A stretch of 64,000 nucleotides of DNA from Treponemataceae bacterium (GTDB lineage: Bacteria > Spirochaetota > Spirochaetia > Treponematales > Rectinemataceae): contig CAXXHO010000003.1 in assembly GCA_963667725.2 (NCBI GenBank), forward strand, positions 1,184,001-1,248,000, written 5' to 3'. The translations under genes were made by a program, and so were the position numbers. Each line of letters begins with the position of its first letter. Positions within the stretch are counted from its first letter, which is position 1. The notes under the pieces were generated by a model. That model was not told where the DNA came from. It searched no databases and saw only the letters and a list, made by a program, of their open reading frames with translations. This document shows, in pieces, positions 42,049 through 52,052 of the stretch.

Positions 42049-42576
42049 TCAGCGGCTGTCGTCCAGAATTTTCAAGATAGCGCCAGCCGAATCGCTCGTG
42101 GATTCGTTTTCCTTCCAGCGATAGACGAATCGGCTGGCCTCCTCGTAGAGAGGCCTCCTGAGGCGCAGAAGTTCTTCTGCCTTTCTCGCGTAGTCGTCGG
42201 AATTGAGGAGGGGTCGGTGGCCGGTTTCGCCCGCAAGCCTGCGCAGGAGTTCCGCGAGGGGTACATCGATCCAGACGGTGCTGTAGGCGCTCGCGAGAAG
42301 CTTCCTGTTGGCGGGCGACATGACAATGCCGCCGCCGCAGGATAGGACGAAGTCGCCGTCGCGCCGCCCAAGGTCGGATAGCATTACCTCCTCCAGCTTC
42401 CTGAAGGCGGCTTCCCCTTCGCTTTCGAATATTTCGCGAATGCTACGCGCGCTGTCGCGCTCTATCTCCTCATCCGTATCCAGGAAAGGAACCGCCAGCC
42501 TCGAAGCCAAAACCTGGCCAATGCGGCTTTTGCCGCTCCCCATAAAGCCGATGAGGGCTATCTTGCGTCCTTTCAC
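42049..42576 (-). CDS. aroK: Shikimate kinase
   Basis: IGFMGSGKS, DTD, GEAAFR, GGG, RPLL. Confidence 0.93.
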   Translation of the reverse strand: MKGRKIALIGFMGSGKSRIGQVLASRLAVPFLDTDEEIERDSARSIREIFESEGEAAFRKLEEVMLSDLGRRDGDFVLSCGGGIVMSPANRKLLASAYSTVWIDVPLAELLRRLAGETGHRPLLNSDDYARKAEELLRLRRPLYEEASRFVYRWKENESTSDSAGAILKILDDSR

Positions 42577-43590
42577 CTAGAGAATCTCACGGATGACCCT
42601 CTCCCAGTTCTTCGAGAAGATCTTTTCGATCTGCCCCGCCGCGTAGCCGCGCCGCGAGAGGGCCTGCGCCAGGATGGGAAACTCGGAAGCGTCAGCCAGG
42701 ACATGGCCTTCCACGCCTCTGTAACCGTCGAAATCCGAGCCAAGGGCTGCCGAATCCAATCCGCCTACGTTGACGATGTGGTCTATATGGTCGATCAGGT
42801 GCTCAAGGAAGGATTTCTCAGGCTTCATGGACACGAAATTGGGCACGAAAACGGCCCCGACGGCGCCGCCCCCTTCCGCGATCCGCCTGATCTGCCTGTC
42901 CTCGAGGTTGCGCGGATGGTCGTTCAGGCTGCGGGCGTTGGAATGCGAGGCGATGAAAGGCCTCCTGGCCACCTGGGCCAGGTCGTCGAAGGCTTTGTCC
43001 GAGAGATGGGAGCAGTCCACGATCATGCCCATGGACTCCATTTTCTCCACAAGCTCGCGGCCCAGCGGCGTCAGGCCGTCCTCTCCTTCAGCCCGAACGC
43101 CGCGCCCGAAGGCGTTCCGCCTGTTCCAGGTGATGCCGATGGCGCGCACGCCGCGGCCGTAGAATTCATCCACGGAATCCAGGCTGCCTTCCAGGGCTTC
43201 GGCTCCTTCAATGGAGAGAAGGCCGCCCACGCTGACTCCCGGCAAAGCCTTGTCCAGGTCCGAAGCGGTCCTGATGGCGAACATCCGACCTTCGGCTTTA
43301 GCGCAGATCGCCTCGAACTCATCGATGAGTCCATGCGTATAGGCTTTTACCCGCGGCAGATCCGCGTCTTCGGCGAAAAGCGCCATGAACTGACAGCGGA
43401 CTCTTCCTTCCAGAAGCTTCGGAAGATCGATATGGCTGATTTCGTTTCTCGCGAGAAAATCACGTCTTCCCGTATCGCCGGGAATCTGGCTCTTGCCGAT
43501 GACGGCGAGAAGGGCATCGCAGTGCGCGTCGATGACAGGGAAATAGGCATCCTCTACGGCGAATTCCCCGCTGGGGCTTTTTTGCATCAT
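42577..43590 (-). CDS. Membrane dipeptidase family (M19) peptidase
   Basis: DAHCD, SIEG, DCSHLS, ASHSN, RNLED, GSDFDG. Confidence 0.92.
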   Translation of the reverse strand: MMQKSPSGEFAVEDAYFPVIDAHCDALLAVIGKSQIPGDTGRRDFLARNEISHIDLPKLLEGRVRCQFMALFAEDADLPRVKAYTHGLIDEFEAICAKAEGRMFAIRTASDLDKALPGVSVGGLLSIEGAEALEGSLDSVDEFYGRGVRAIGITWNRRNAFGRGVRAEGEDGLTPLGRELVEKMESMGMIVDCSHLSDKAFDDLAQVARRPFIASHSNARSLNDHPRNLEDRQIRRIAEGGGAVGAVFVPNFVSMKPEKSFLEHLIDHIDHIVNVGGLDSAALGSDFDGYRGVEGHVLADASEFPILAQALSRRGYAAGQIEKIFSKNWERVIREIL

Positions 43591-43631
43591 AACTTCCTTG
43601 AATTTGCTTTAAGGCCTAAAAGTCAAGGCGA

Positions 43632-45623
43632 TTATACATCGCCGCCTTCCTTTACGCGAGCGATTTCATCGCGGATGAGCGCCGCTTCCTCAAACTCAAG
43701 ATTCTTGGCATGTTCCAGCATGCGCTGCTCGAGGGCTTTGACGAGGGACTTGCGCTGCTCCGGCACGAGCATGTTGTGTGTCTTCTTAAGGAAGCTGACT
43801 TCGTCGAGTGTCGTGTCGATCTTCTCTTCCTTGTGCCGTTCCAGTATGTCGTGCACCGACTTTCGGATGGTCGTCGGCGTGATGTCGTGCTCGGTGTTAT
43901 AGGCTACCTGTATCGCCCTTCTCCGGTTCGTTTCCTGGATGGCGATCTTCATGGCGTCGCTTTCTCTGTCGGCATACATGACAACGAGACCGGCGGCGTT
44001 CCTGGCCGCCCTTCCCACTATCTGGATGAGGCTCGTGGCCGATCGCAGGAAACCTATCTTGTCAGCGTCCAGGATGGCAATGAACGATACTTCGGGCAGA
44101 TCGATGCCTTCGCGGAGAAGGTTAATTCCCACGAGCACGTCAAACTCTCCCGCTCTCAGCTGCGTCAGGATCTCGACGCGCTCTATGGTTTCGACCTCGG
44201 AGTGGATGTAGCGCACCCGCAATCCTAGGCCGCTTAGATATTCCGTCAATTCCTCTGCCATTTTCTTGGTGAGCGTGATGATGAGGCTGCGTTCGCCGAT
44301 GGCCGCCCTCTCCTTCACCCTCGCGTAGATATCCTCCATCTGCCCGTCGGTCGGCCTGACTTCTATCGCGGGATCCACAAGCCCCGTCGGGCGGATCATC
44401 TGCTCGGCAACCACCGCGGAACGGTCCATCTCCACCTTGCCGGGAGTGGCCGAAACGTAGACTACCTGTTTCACCATGGATTCGAATTCCTCGATCTTGA
44501 GAGGCCTGTTGTCGAGGGCGCAGGGAAGCCTGAAGCCGTAATCAACGAGGGAAGTCTTCCTGCTCCTGTCTCCTGAGTACATCGCGCCTATCTGCGAAAG
44601 TGTCACGTGGGATTCGTCTATGAAGGTCATGAAATCGCTTGGAAAATAATCGAGCAGGACGCCAGGCCTTTCGCCTGGGCCCCGTCCCGAAAGCGGCGCC
44701 GAGTAGTTCTCTATTCCCGAGCAGTACCCCATCTCCTCCATCATCTCGATGTCGTATTCGGTGCGCGACTTGATCCGCTGCGCCTCAATGAGCTTGTTCT
44801 GGCTCATGAAAAGTCCGTACTGCGCTTCGAGCTCTTCCTTGATCCTGGAGACCGCTTTCTGGACCTGGTTTTCGGGCATGACGAAATGCTTGGCCGGATA
44901 GATGACGGCTTCGTCCAGATCGTCGCCTGCGTGGCCGGTCAGCGGATCGAACTTGCGGATTCTCGCCACGGTGTCGAAATCCAGTTCTACGCGGTAGGCT
45001 TCCTCCAGGTAAGCGGGAAATATCTCGAGCATATCGCCCCTGACCCTGAACCTTCCCCGCTCGAGGACCATATCGTTCCGTTCGTACTGAAGATTGACGA
45101 GATTGCGCTTGACCGTCTCCAGATCCAGCACCATGCCCTTGTCAAGGTAAATCCTCATCTCCCGGTAGAGGTCGGGCGAACCCAAGCCGTAGATGCAGGA
45201 AACGGTCGCCACGATAATCACGTCGCGACGTTCCATGAGGGCCGCCGTGGCGGAGAGCCGCATCCTGTCGATTTCGTCGTTGATGCTTGAGTCCTTCTCG
45301 ATGTAGAGATCCTTGGATGCCACATAAGCCTCGGGCTGATAATAATCGTAGTAGGACACGAAGTATTCAACCGCGTTCTCGGGGAAAAAGCTCTTGAATT
45401 CGCGATAGAGCTGGGCGGAAAGGGTTTTGTTGTGCGAAATGATGAGGGTGGGTTTCTGAAGCGCCTCTATCACTTTGGCCATCGTGAAGGTTTTGCCCGA
45501 GCCCGTGACGCCTTTGAGCGTCATGAATCTGGTCCCCGACTTCGCTGCCTCGACGAGCGTATTGATCGCACTCCCCTGATCCCCCGCCGGTTCGAAGGGG
45601 GCTACGACCTTGAATGGTTTCAT
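43632..45623 (-). CDS. uvrB: Excinuclease ABC subunit B
   Basis: GVTGSGKT, YYDYYQPEAY, DESH, GINLLREG, C-terminal UVR domain. Confidence 0.98.
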   Translation of the reverse strand: MKPFKVVAPFEPAGDQGSAINTLVEAAKSGTRFMTLKGVTGSGKTFTMAKVIEALQKPTLIISHNKTLSAQLYREFKSFFPENAVEYFVSYYDYYQPEAYVASKDLYIEKDSSINDEIDRMRLSATAALMERRDVIIVATVSCIYGLGSPDLYREMRIYLDKGMVLDLETVKRNLVNLQYERNDMVLERGRFRVRGDMLEIFPAYLEEAYRVELDFDTVARIRKFDPLTGHAGDDLDEAVIYPAKHFVMPENQVQKAVSRIKEELEAQYGLFMSQNKLIEAQRIKSRTEYDIEMMEEMGYCSGIENYSAPLSGRGPGERPGVLLDYFPSDFMTFIDESHVTLSQIGAMYSGDRSRKTSLVDYGFRLPCALDNRPLKIEEFESMVKQVVYVSATPGKVEMDRSAVVAEQMIRPTGLVDPAIEVRPTDGQMEDIYARVKERAAIGERSLIITLTKKMAEELTEYLSGLGLRVRYIHSEVETIERVEILTQLRAGEFDVLVGINLLREGIDLPEVSFIAILDADKIGFLRSATSLIQIVGRAARNAAGLVVMYADRESDAMKIAIQETNRRRAIQVAYNTEHDITPTTIRKSVHDILERHKEEKIDTTLDEVSFLKKTHNMLVPEQRKSLVKALEQRMLEHAKNLEFEEAALIRDEIARVKEGGDV

Positions 45624-45645
45624 CGCTGTTCCTTTTATTTTCCAG

Positions 45646-46920
45646 CTATTTATCCTGGACTTGTTCCGTAAGCGTTACCGTCGTCCTCATTTTCTGCTTT
45701 CCGCGATAGAACTCTACCGGGACCTTTTCCCCTGGCTTGTTGTCCTCGAGCGCGGTATAGAGGTCCGCGATGCTGTCTATGGACTGGCCGTCCACGCTGA
45801 CGATGATATCCCCGCCGATCTTGAAGGTGGATTGTCCATAGCGCACGGCTACGCTTCCGCCCTTGAGGCCGGCCTTGTCCGCGTCGCTGCCTCCCTTGAT
45901 AGCCGAAACGAGAAGTCCTTTTTCCACGGGCGAAGCGTAGCTGGACTTTTCGAGATAGGAAAGGAGGGCTGGAAAAAGCTGTATGGCTTCCATATCGATC
46001 CATCCGCGCCGCACCCTTCCCTCCTTGATGAGCTCGGGAACGATACGCTTCGCCGTATCGACGGGTATGGCGAAACCAATGCCGACCGAACCGCCTGACG
46101 GCGAATAGATCATCGTATTGATGCCGACCATCTGTCCGGCCGAATTGAAGAGCGGACCGCCGGAATTTCCCGGATTGATCGAAGCGTCGGTCTGAATCAT
46201 GTTCTGGAGGATGGTCTTTTCATCCTTCTGGATAGGTCTCCCCAGGCCCGAGACGATGCCCTGGGTCAAGGTCCTTTCAAGGCCGAAAGGATTGCCGATG
46301 GCCAGCACCTTCTGCCCCACCTTGAGTCCTTTGGACGATCCGAAGGATATCGGCCGAAGCACCATCACCGAGGGCGGGCTGAACTTGATTACCGCCAAGT
46401 CATTCTGGGAATCGACCCCCACGACGGAGGCTTCGTACTGACTGCCATCGGCCATGTTCACGAATAGCTTATAGGCGCCCTGTACGACATGGTAATTGGT
46501 GAGGACATGACCCTTCGTGTCTATGATGGAGCCCGAGCCTGATCCTCCGCTTTGCGGAACGGGTTCGAGAAACCAGTTGATGTTGACGACTTCGGTCGTG
46601 ATATTGACGACCGATTCATTGTAACGCTCATAAAGGCTGATGCTCTCGCGTTCGTCCGTCGAATATGCCAATCCTGATGGGTTTTGGTACTCGTCGATAT
46701 TGGACGCGGCATTCTTTCCCTCGACGGCTATCTGTCCCTGGAGGACCTGGGAACTGACGGGAGTCGGCTCGATGGTTGATTGGGCGGAACCCTGATCCTT
46801 ATCGATCTGGAATAGTCCGCTCCTGGCCAGAAAAAAAGCGGAAACGAAAATGAGGGCGGCGCTCGCGAGCACTCCAGCGGCAATGCCCAGCGTCATCTGT
46901 CGGCGCGAATATAGTTTCAT
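45646..46920 (-). CDS. HtrA/DegP-family serine protease with one PDZ domain
   Basis: TNYHVV, DLAV, TDASINPGNSGG; N-terminal TM helix. Confidence 0.93.
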   Translation of the reverse strand: MKLYSRRQMTLGIAAGVLASAALIFVSAFFLARSGLFQIDKDQGSAQSTIEPTPVSSQVLQGQIAVEGKNAASNIDEYQNPSGLAYSTDERESISLYERYNESVVNITTEVVNINWFLEPVPQSGGSGSGSIIDTKGHVLTNYHVVQGAYKLFVNMADGSQYEASVVGVDSQNDLAVIKFSPPSVMVLRPISFGSSKGLKVGQKVLAIGNPFGLERTLTQGIVSGLGRPIQKDEKTILQNMIQTDASINPGNSGGPLFNSAGQMVGINTMIYSPSGGSVGIGFAIPVDTAKRIVPELIKEGRVRRGWIDMEAIQLFPALLSYLEKSSYASPVEKGLLVSAIKGGSDADKAGLKGGSVAVRYGQSTFKIGGDIIVSVDGQSIDSIADLYTALEDNKPGEKVPVEFYRGKQKMRTTVTLTEQVQDK

Positions 46921-46942
46921 GGGAATCCCCCTGAAAGGTTTG

Positions 46943-47464
46943 TCACACGAAGGTCAGCTTGCCCGCGGCCACTTCCTCGGCCCTGGCAAGCATGAAAATA
47001 TAATCGGAGAGTCTGTTGAGAAACTTCCTCAAGTCGATGGAGACATCTTCCTTTCTTGCGAGCGCCACAACCCTGCGTTCGGCGCGTCTGGCTATGGTTC
47101 TGGCCATGTCCAGTGCTGCCGATCCCGCCGTCATGCCCGGAATGACGAAACCCCTCAGCGGAATTCTTTCTTCAAGCGATGAGGTTTTCACGGCAATTTT
47201 TGCCTCGTCCCCGGCAGTTATCGGCCGGTCGAAGGGAATGCCTACCGAAGCGAGTTCGCCGGCGACGCGGAAAAGCACGCGCTGTATCTCTTCTATGGCG
47301 TAAAGGACTTCGTCCTCCATGCAGATATGCCTTGCGACGCCCAGCGCAGAGGAGAGCTCATCGATCGTGCCGTAGGCCTCGACGCGCAAGTCGTCCTTGC
47401 CCACCCTTTCTCCCGACCAGAGTCCCGTGTCACCATCATCGCCCGTTCGCGTCATGATGCTCAT
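46943..47464 (-). CDS. pduO: ATP:cob(I)alamin adenosyltransferase, PduO type
   Basis: TRTGDDGDT, AYGTIDEL, RTIARRAER, LNRLSDYIF. Confidence 0.92.
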   Translation of the reverse strand: MSIMTRTGDDGDTGLWSGERVGKDDLRVEAYGTIDELSSALGVARHICMEDEVLYAIEEIQRVLFRVAGELASVGIPFDRPITAGDEAKIAVKTSSLEERIPLRGFVIPGMTAGSAALDMARTIARRAERRVVALARKEDVSIDLRKFLNRLSDYIFMLARAEEVAAGKLTFV

Positions 47465-47568
47465 ACGATAAACATACTGCTTCAAAATCGTCTTCATCAA
47501 GTCGAAAAGCACCGCCCGCGTGACTATATGGACGCAAAGGCACGGAATATCCTACAATTTCCCACGAC

Positions 47569-48348
47569 GTGAAAACCACCCGGCTTCCCACCTTCTCAGA
47601 GCCCTGCCCTTATGTTGCCGGAAAAACATCCATCGGCGAGTATCTCCCGGGGGAAGCGCTTTTCAGGGACTACGAAGCCCTCATTCCCCTTGGATGGAGA
47701 AGATCTGGAAACATGCTCTATCGTTACCGCTGCGAAGACTGCTCTCTGTGCATTCCTATAAGGCTCCGCGCATCCAAGATACTTGCCGGGAAACGTTTTG
47801 GCCGATTGAAGCGCGTGAATCGCGATATCTCCATAGAGCTGCTTCCCGCGAATTTTCGGCGCGATCACTTCACCTTGTATGAAAAATATATCAGAACTCG
47901 TCACAAGGGAACCTTTTCCGTGGCCGACACATCCGATTCCTCTCTCGAATCCTCCTATCGTGGAATGCTCGAGGCTCCCATGGCAGCCATTTCAGAGTAC
48001 CGCGACGCCTCCGGCAAACTCTGCGCCACCGGCTTCCTGGATATACTCCCCAACGGTCTATCGTCGGTCTATTTCTCCTTCGATCCGGATGAGGGTAGAC
48101 GAAGCCTGGGATCCTATTCGATTTTCGCCGAATCCGAGATGGCTCTGCGCAGGGGAATAGAATACTACTATCTGGGATTCTGGGTGCCGCGGGCGGCGAC
48201 GATGGATTACAAAGCCGATTTCCCTCCTTTCCAGCTATCCGTTCCCGGGGAAAACGGCAGGGAAGCGGGCGGCGAACCGCCTATATGGAAAGAATTTCCG
48301 AACAAATCAGCGGCCTTGAGCTGGCTTTCGGCGATATCGCATCGTTGA
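47569..48348 (+). CDS. bpt: Bacterial ATE1-like aminoacyl-tRNA--protein transferase
   Basis: CPY, GWRRSG, CEDCSLCIPIR, LSSVYFSFDP, YYLGFWV, MDYK. Confidence 0.85.
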   Translation: MKTTRLPTFSEPCPYVAGKTSIGEYLPGEALFRDYEALIPLGWRRSGNMLYRYRCEDCSLCIPIRLRASKILAGKRFGRLKRVNRDISIELLPANFRRDHFTLYEKYIRTRHKGTFSVADTSDSSLESSYRGMLEAPMAAISEYRDASGKLCATGFLDILPNGLSSVYFSFDPDEGRRSLGSYSIFAESEMALRRGIEYYYLGFWVPRAATMDYKADFPPFQLSVPGENGREAGGEPPIWKEFPNKSAALSWLSAISHR

Positions 48349-48415
48349 CAGTCAATGCCTATCATGGTACCGTAGTTCCCGATACTTTTTGAATACTGTT
48401 TTCAGAAGGAATACT

Positions 48416-50038
48416 ATGGCATCCCAGATCAGCAATCCCGAAGGCGCCGAGGCGAAGAAAGTCCAGAAAAAGCCTACCAAACGCGGCGTGAAGAACCCCT
48501 TCGTCTACGGGGGAACGATTGTCATCCTGATAATCACCGTCATCGCCTTTGTGTTCATACCATCGATAGGCGGCGGTATGGGTTCCTCCAGTCAGTCGCC
48601 GACTTTCGGCAGCTGGGCGGGAAAACCCATCACCTATACGTCCGGATCGTACTTCGCGAGCCAGGTGGCCCAGATCAACGACTACCTGCGTCAGCAGGGG
48701 CTTTCCGAACAGAACTTCCAGCTTTATGCCTACCAGGTATGGAGCATGGCCTTCCAGAGCGCCGCCATCAGGACGGCCGTTGTCGAGACCGTGAACGACA
48801 GCGGTTTCAGGCTGACGGAAAAAGGTCTTGACGAAGCCATCGCCACCCTCCCCGAATTCCAGGAAGACGGGAAATTCTCCATCGAGAAATACAACAAGAC
48901 AGCGGCCGCCACCCGCCTCACCCTGCGCAAGAACACGAAAGAAGATTACACCGTCAGGCGCTATTACGAGGATCTGTATACATTGGCTCCAAGTTCGGCG
49001 GAGATCGCTTTCGTCGCCTCGATGGCAAAACCTCAGCGCACTATTTCCTATGCCACCTTGCCCCTCGCCGACTATCCTGCCGAAGAAGTGGCCGCATGGG
49101 GCAACAAGAACGCCGACCTGTTCAAGACTCTTGAAGTTTCCCGCGTCACGGTAACCAGCTCGGAAGCCGATGCCAAGAAGATTCTCGCCCAGGTCAGGGA
49201 AAACAAGCTTTCCTTCGAAGACGCGGCCAAGAGCCATTCGCAGGACGCCTACGCCGACAAGGGCGGAGACGCCGGTACCGTCTATTACTATACCTTCGCC
49301 GAAGGTTTCGCCAACAAGGACGACGCCGCGAAAGTGGCTGCCCTCCCCAAAGGCGAAATCTCCGATGTCTACAAGATCGCCGACAAGGCTTGGGCCTTCT
49401 TCAAGCTCAACGGCGAGCTGACCATGCCTGATTTCGGCAAACAAGCCACGCTGGACGAGGTTCGGTTCTATATCAACGACAAGGAAAAAGGAACCCTCGA
49501 GAGCTGGGCTATCGCCAAGGCCAACGCCCTCCTTTCATCCGTCGATGGGGTTAAATTCCAGAGCGCCGCCAAACAAGCGGGCCTCAGCGTAAAATCGGCA
49601 GGTCCCTTCATCGTGAATGTGGGCAATCCCACCTTCTATGCCTACAACCAACAGATCCCCTTGCTCCAGACGCCCTTCCAGAACAGCGATCCCGCCCTAC
49701 AGGCCGCCGAACAGGATGAAGCCTTCATGACCGAGCTTTTCACCCAAACCAAGGGCAAGGTCTCCAAGCCCCTCGTCGTGGGCGACAATGTCATCGTTTT
49801 CGCCGTGACCGAGGACAAGGAAGCCTCGGACGACGATACGGTCATGGTAACCTTCGCCTATCCCTACTTCCACCAGCAGACAATCGACACGCAAACCCGG
49901 GATACTTTCCTGAAGAGCAAGAAATTCAAGGACGAATTCAGCACGACCTTCTTCAAGATTTTCCAGACAAGCAATACTGCTTCCGCCCAGGAGACCACGA
50001 CGGAAACCACCACGGAAGCGCCCGCCGCGGCGAACTGA
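48416..50038 (+). CDS. SurA/PpiD-like membrane-anchored chaperone with parvulin PPIase domain
   Basis: N-terminal TM helix, LPEFQEDGKF, SFEDAAKSHSQD...KGGDAG. Confidence 0.8.
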   Translation: MASQISNPEGAEAKKVQKKPTKRGVKNPFVYGGTIVILIITVIAFVFIPSIGGGMGSSSQSPTFGSWAGKPITYTSGSYFASQVAQINDYLRQQGLSEQNFQLYAYQVWSMAFQSAAIRTAVVETVNDSGFRLTEKGLDEAIATLPEFQEDGKFSIEKYNKTAAATRLTLRKNTKEDYTVRRYYEDLYTLAPSSAEIAFVASMAKPQRTISYATLPLADYPAEEVAAWGNKNADLFKTLEVSRVTVTSSEADAKKILAQVRENKLSFEDAAKSHSQDAYADKGGDAGTVYYYTFAEGFANKDDAAKVAALPKGEISDVYKIADKAWAFFKLNGELTMPDFGKQATLDEVRFYINDKEKGTLESWAIAKANALLSSVDGVKFQSAAKQAGLSVKSAGPFIVNVGNPTFYAYNQQIPLLQTPFQNSDPALQAAEQDEAFMTELFTQTKGKVSKPLVVGDNVIVFAVTEDKEASDDDTVMVTFAYPYFHQQTIDTQTRDTFLKSKKFKDEFSTTFFKIFQTSNTASAQETTTETTTEAPAAAN

Positions 50039-50054
50039 AGACGCCACGGAAGAT

Positions 50055-50090
50055 AAAAAGGCCGCCCAGGGAAACCCGGGCGGCCTTTTT
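50055..50090. terminator. Bidirectional intrinsic terminator
   Basis: AAAAAGGCCGCCC...GGGCGGCCTTTTT between convergent genes. Confidence 0.9.
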
Positions 50091-50138
50091 ATGTCATCGC
50101 GGCACGAAGGGCTATCGCTCTTCGTGCCGCGCATAAGG

Positions 50139-51953
50139 TCATGTCTCGTCGTCGTCGGTCCTGAGCACGGCAAGGAAGGCGTCCTGGCCCAATTCGATAT
50201 TGCCTACCATCTTCATGCGTTTCTTGCCCTCTTTCTGCTTTTCGAGAAGCTTGCGCTTGCGGCTTATGTCGCCGCCGTAGCACTTGGCCAGGACGTCCTT
50301 GCGCACGGGATTGACGGTCTCCCGCGCGATGATCTGACCGCCGATGGCTCCCTGTATGGCCACCTTGTACTGCTGGCGCGGAATATTCCTCTGGAGGCGC
50401 TCGCAGACCTTGTGGGCCCTGTCGTAGGACCCGTCGCGGTAGACCAGCATGGAAAGCGCGTCCACGGGATCCCCGTTGATGAGGAAATCCAGCTTGGCGA
50501 GGTTGGTCGGCCTGTAGCTCGTCACTTCGTAATCGAAACTGGCGTAGCCGCGGCTCGTCGATTTCAGCTTGTCGTAGAAGTCGAAGAGCACTTCGGCCAG
50601 CGGCATCTCGAAGACGAGCTCGACGCGTTTCTCGTCCAGATGCGTGAAGGAACGTTGTTCGCCGCGCTTGCCGATACAGAGCGAGATGAGGTTGCCGATA
50701 TAGGCCACAGGCGTGATGATCTGCGCCTTGATGAAAGGCTCTTCGGCGCTGTCGATCCTCGAAGGATCGGGGTACTGGCTGGGGTTGTCGATGAAGACGG
50801 TCTCGCCGTTCTGGAGTTTTAGCTTGTAGCGTACCGACGGGGCCGTCATGATGATGGACTGGTTGAATTCACGCTCCAGCCTTTCCTGGATGATCTCCAG
50901 ATGGAGGAGCCCCAGGAATCCGCAGCGGAACCCGAATCCCAGCGCGAGCGAGCTGTCCTTTTCGCATATCAGGGAAGCGTCGTTGAGCATCAGCTTTTCG
51001 ATGCTCTCCTTGAGGTCGTCGTACTCGGCCGAATCCATGGGATAAATCGAGCTGAAGACGACGGGCTTTATCTCCTTGAAACCGGGAAGCGCGGAGAGGC
51101 AGGGATTGTCGTTGTCCGTGATGGTGTCGCCGACTCTGACGTCCCTGACCGTCTTGATGCCCGCCGTGACATAGCCGACCTCGCCGGCGGCCAGCATATC
51201 CGTATCGCTCGACTGATCGATCTTGAAGAGGCTGACTTCCTCTATCTCGTGGATGGCGCCACTCGACATGAAGCGGATATTCATGCCTTTCTTCATCTTT
51301 CCGCTGATGACGCGCACGTGCACGATGGCGCCCTTGTAGGCGTCGTAATGCGAGTCGAAAATGAGGGCCTGGAGGGGTTCTTCGGAGGAGCCTCTCGGGG
51401 CGGGAAAACGCTGGACGATAGCCTCGAAGAGCTCGTCGATACCGATGCCCATCTTCGCCGAAACCGCGAGGGCCGCTTCGCCGTCAAGGCCGAGATCCTT
51501 GTCGATCTGGCGCCGGACGCCTTCGACATCGGCGGCGGGCATATCTATCTTGTTGATGACGGGCAGAATCTCGAGATCGTGCTCGAGCGCCATGTACATA
51601 TTTGAAAGCGTCTGAGCCTGCACGCCCTGCGTGGCGTCGATGACGAGGATAGCCCCCTCGCAGGATGAGATAGCCCTCGAAACCTCGTAGGAAAAATCCA
51701 CATGTCCCGGCGTGTCGACCAGGTTGAGCGTATATTTCTTCCCGTCCTGGGCGAGGTAGGGCAAGGTGATCGCCTGGCTCTTTATGGTGATTCCCCTTTC
51801 CCTTTCGATGTCCATATTGTCGAGCATCTGATTCTGCATCTTCCGCTCGTCCACCAAGTGGGCCTTTTCTATGAAGCGGTCGGCCAACGTAGATTTGCCG
51901 TGATCTATGTGGGCGATGATACAGAAATTGCGGATGAGTTCCTTTTCGTGCAT
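50139..51953 (-). CDS. lepA: Translation elongation factor 4
   Basis: AHIDHGKSTLADR, ERERGITIK, GFRCGFLGLLH, KCYGGDISRKRKLL. Confidence 0.98.
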   Translation of the reverse strand: MHEKELIRNFCIIAHIDHGKSTLADRFIEKAHLVDERKMQNQMLDNMDIERERGITIKSQAITLPYLAQDGKKYTLNLVDTPGHVDFSYEVSRAISSCEGAILVIDATQGVQAQTLSNMYMALEHDLEILPVINKIDMPAADVEGVRRQIDKDLGLDGEAALAVSAKMGIGIDELFEAIVQRFPAPRGSSEEPLQALIFDSHYDAYKGAIVHVRVISGKMKKGMNIRFMSSGAIHEIEEVSLFKIDQSSDTDMLAAGEVGYVTAGIKTVRDVRVGDTITDNDNPCLSALPGFKEIKPVVFSSIYPMDSAEYDDLKESIEKLMLNDASLICEKDSSLALGFGFRCGFLGLLHLEIIQERLEREFNQSIIMTAPSVRYKLKLQNGETVFIDNPSQYPDPSRIDSAEEPFIKAQIITPVAYIGNLISLCIGKRGEQRSFTHLDEKRVELVFEMPLAEVLFDFYDKLKSTSRGYASFDYEVTSYRPTNLAKLDFLINGDPVDALSMLVYRDGSYDRAHKVCERLQRNIPRQQYKVAIQGAIGGQIIARETVNPVRKDVLAKCYGGDISRKRKLLEKQKEGKKRMKMVGNIELGQDAFLAVLRTDDDET

Positions 51954-52052
51954 GGTCTCACTCTACAGGAAAAGCGGCCTTTGCGCAATTATGCGTTTGG
52001 TGCCGCCCCGACGCCTTGAAAAGGCCCGAGGGCTGGGGCATAGTAAGCCATA

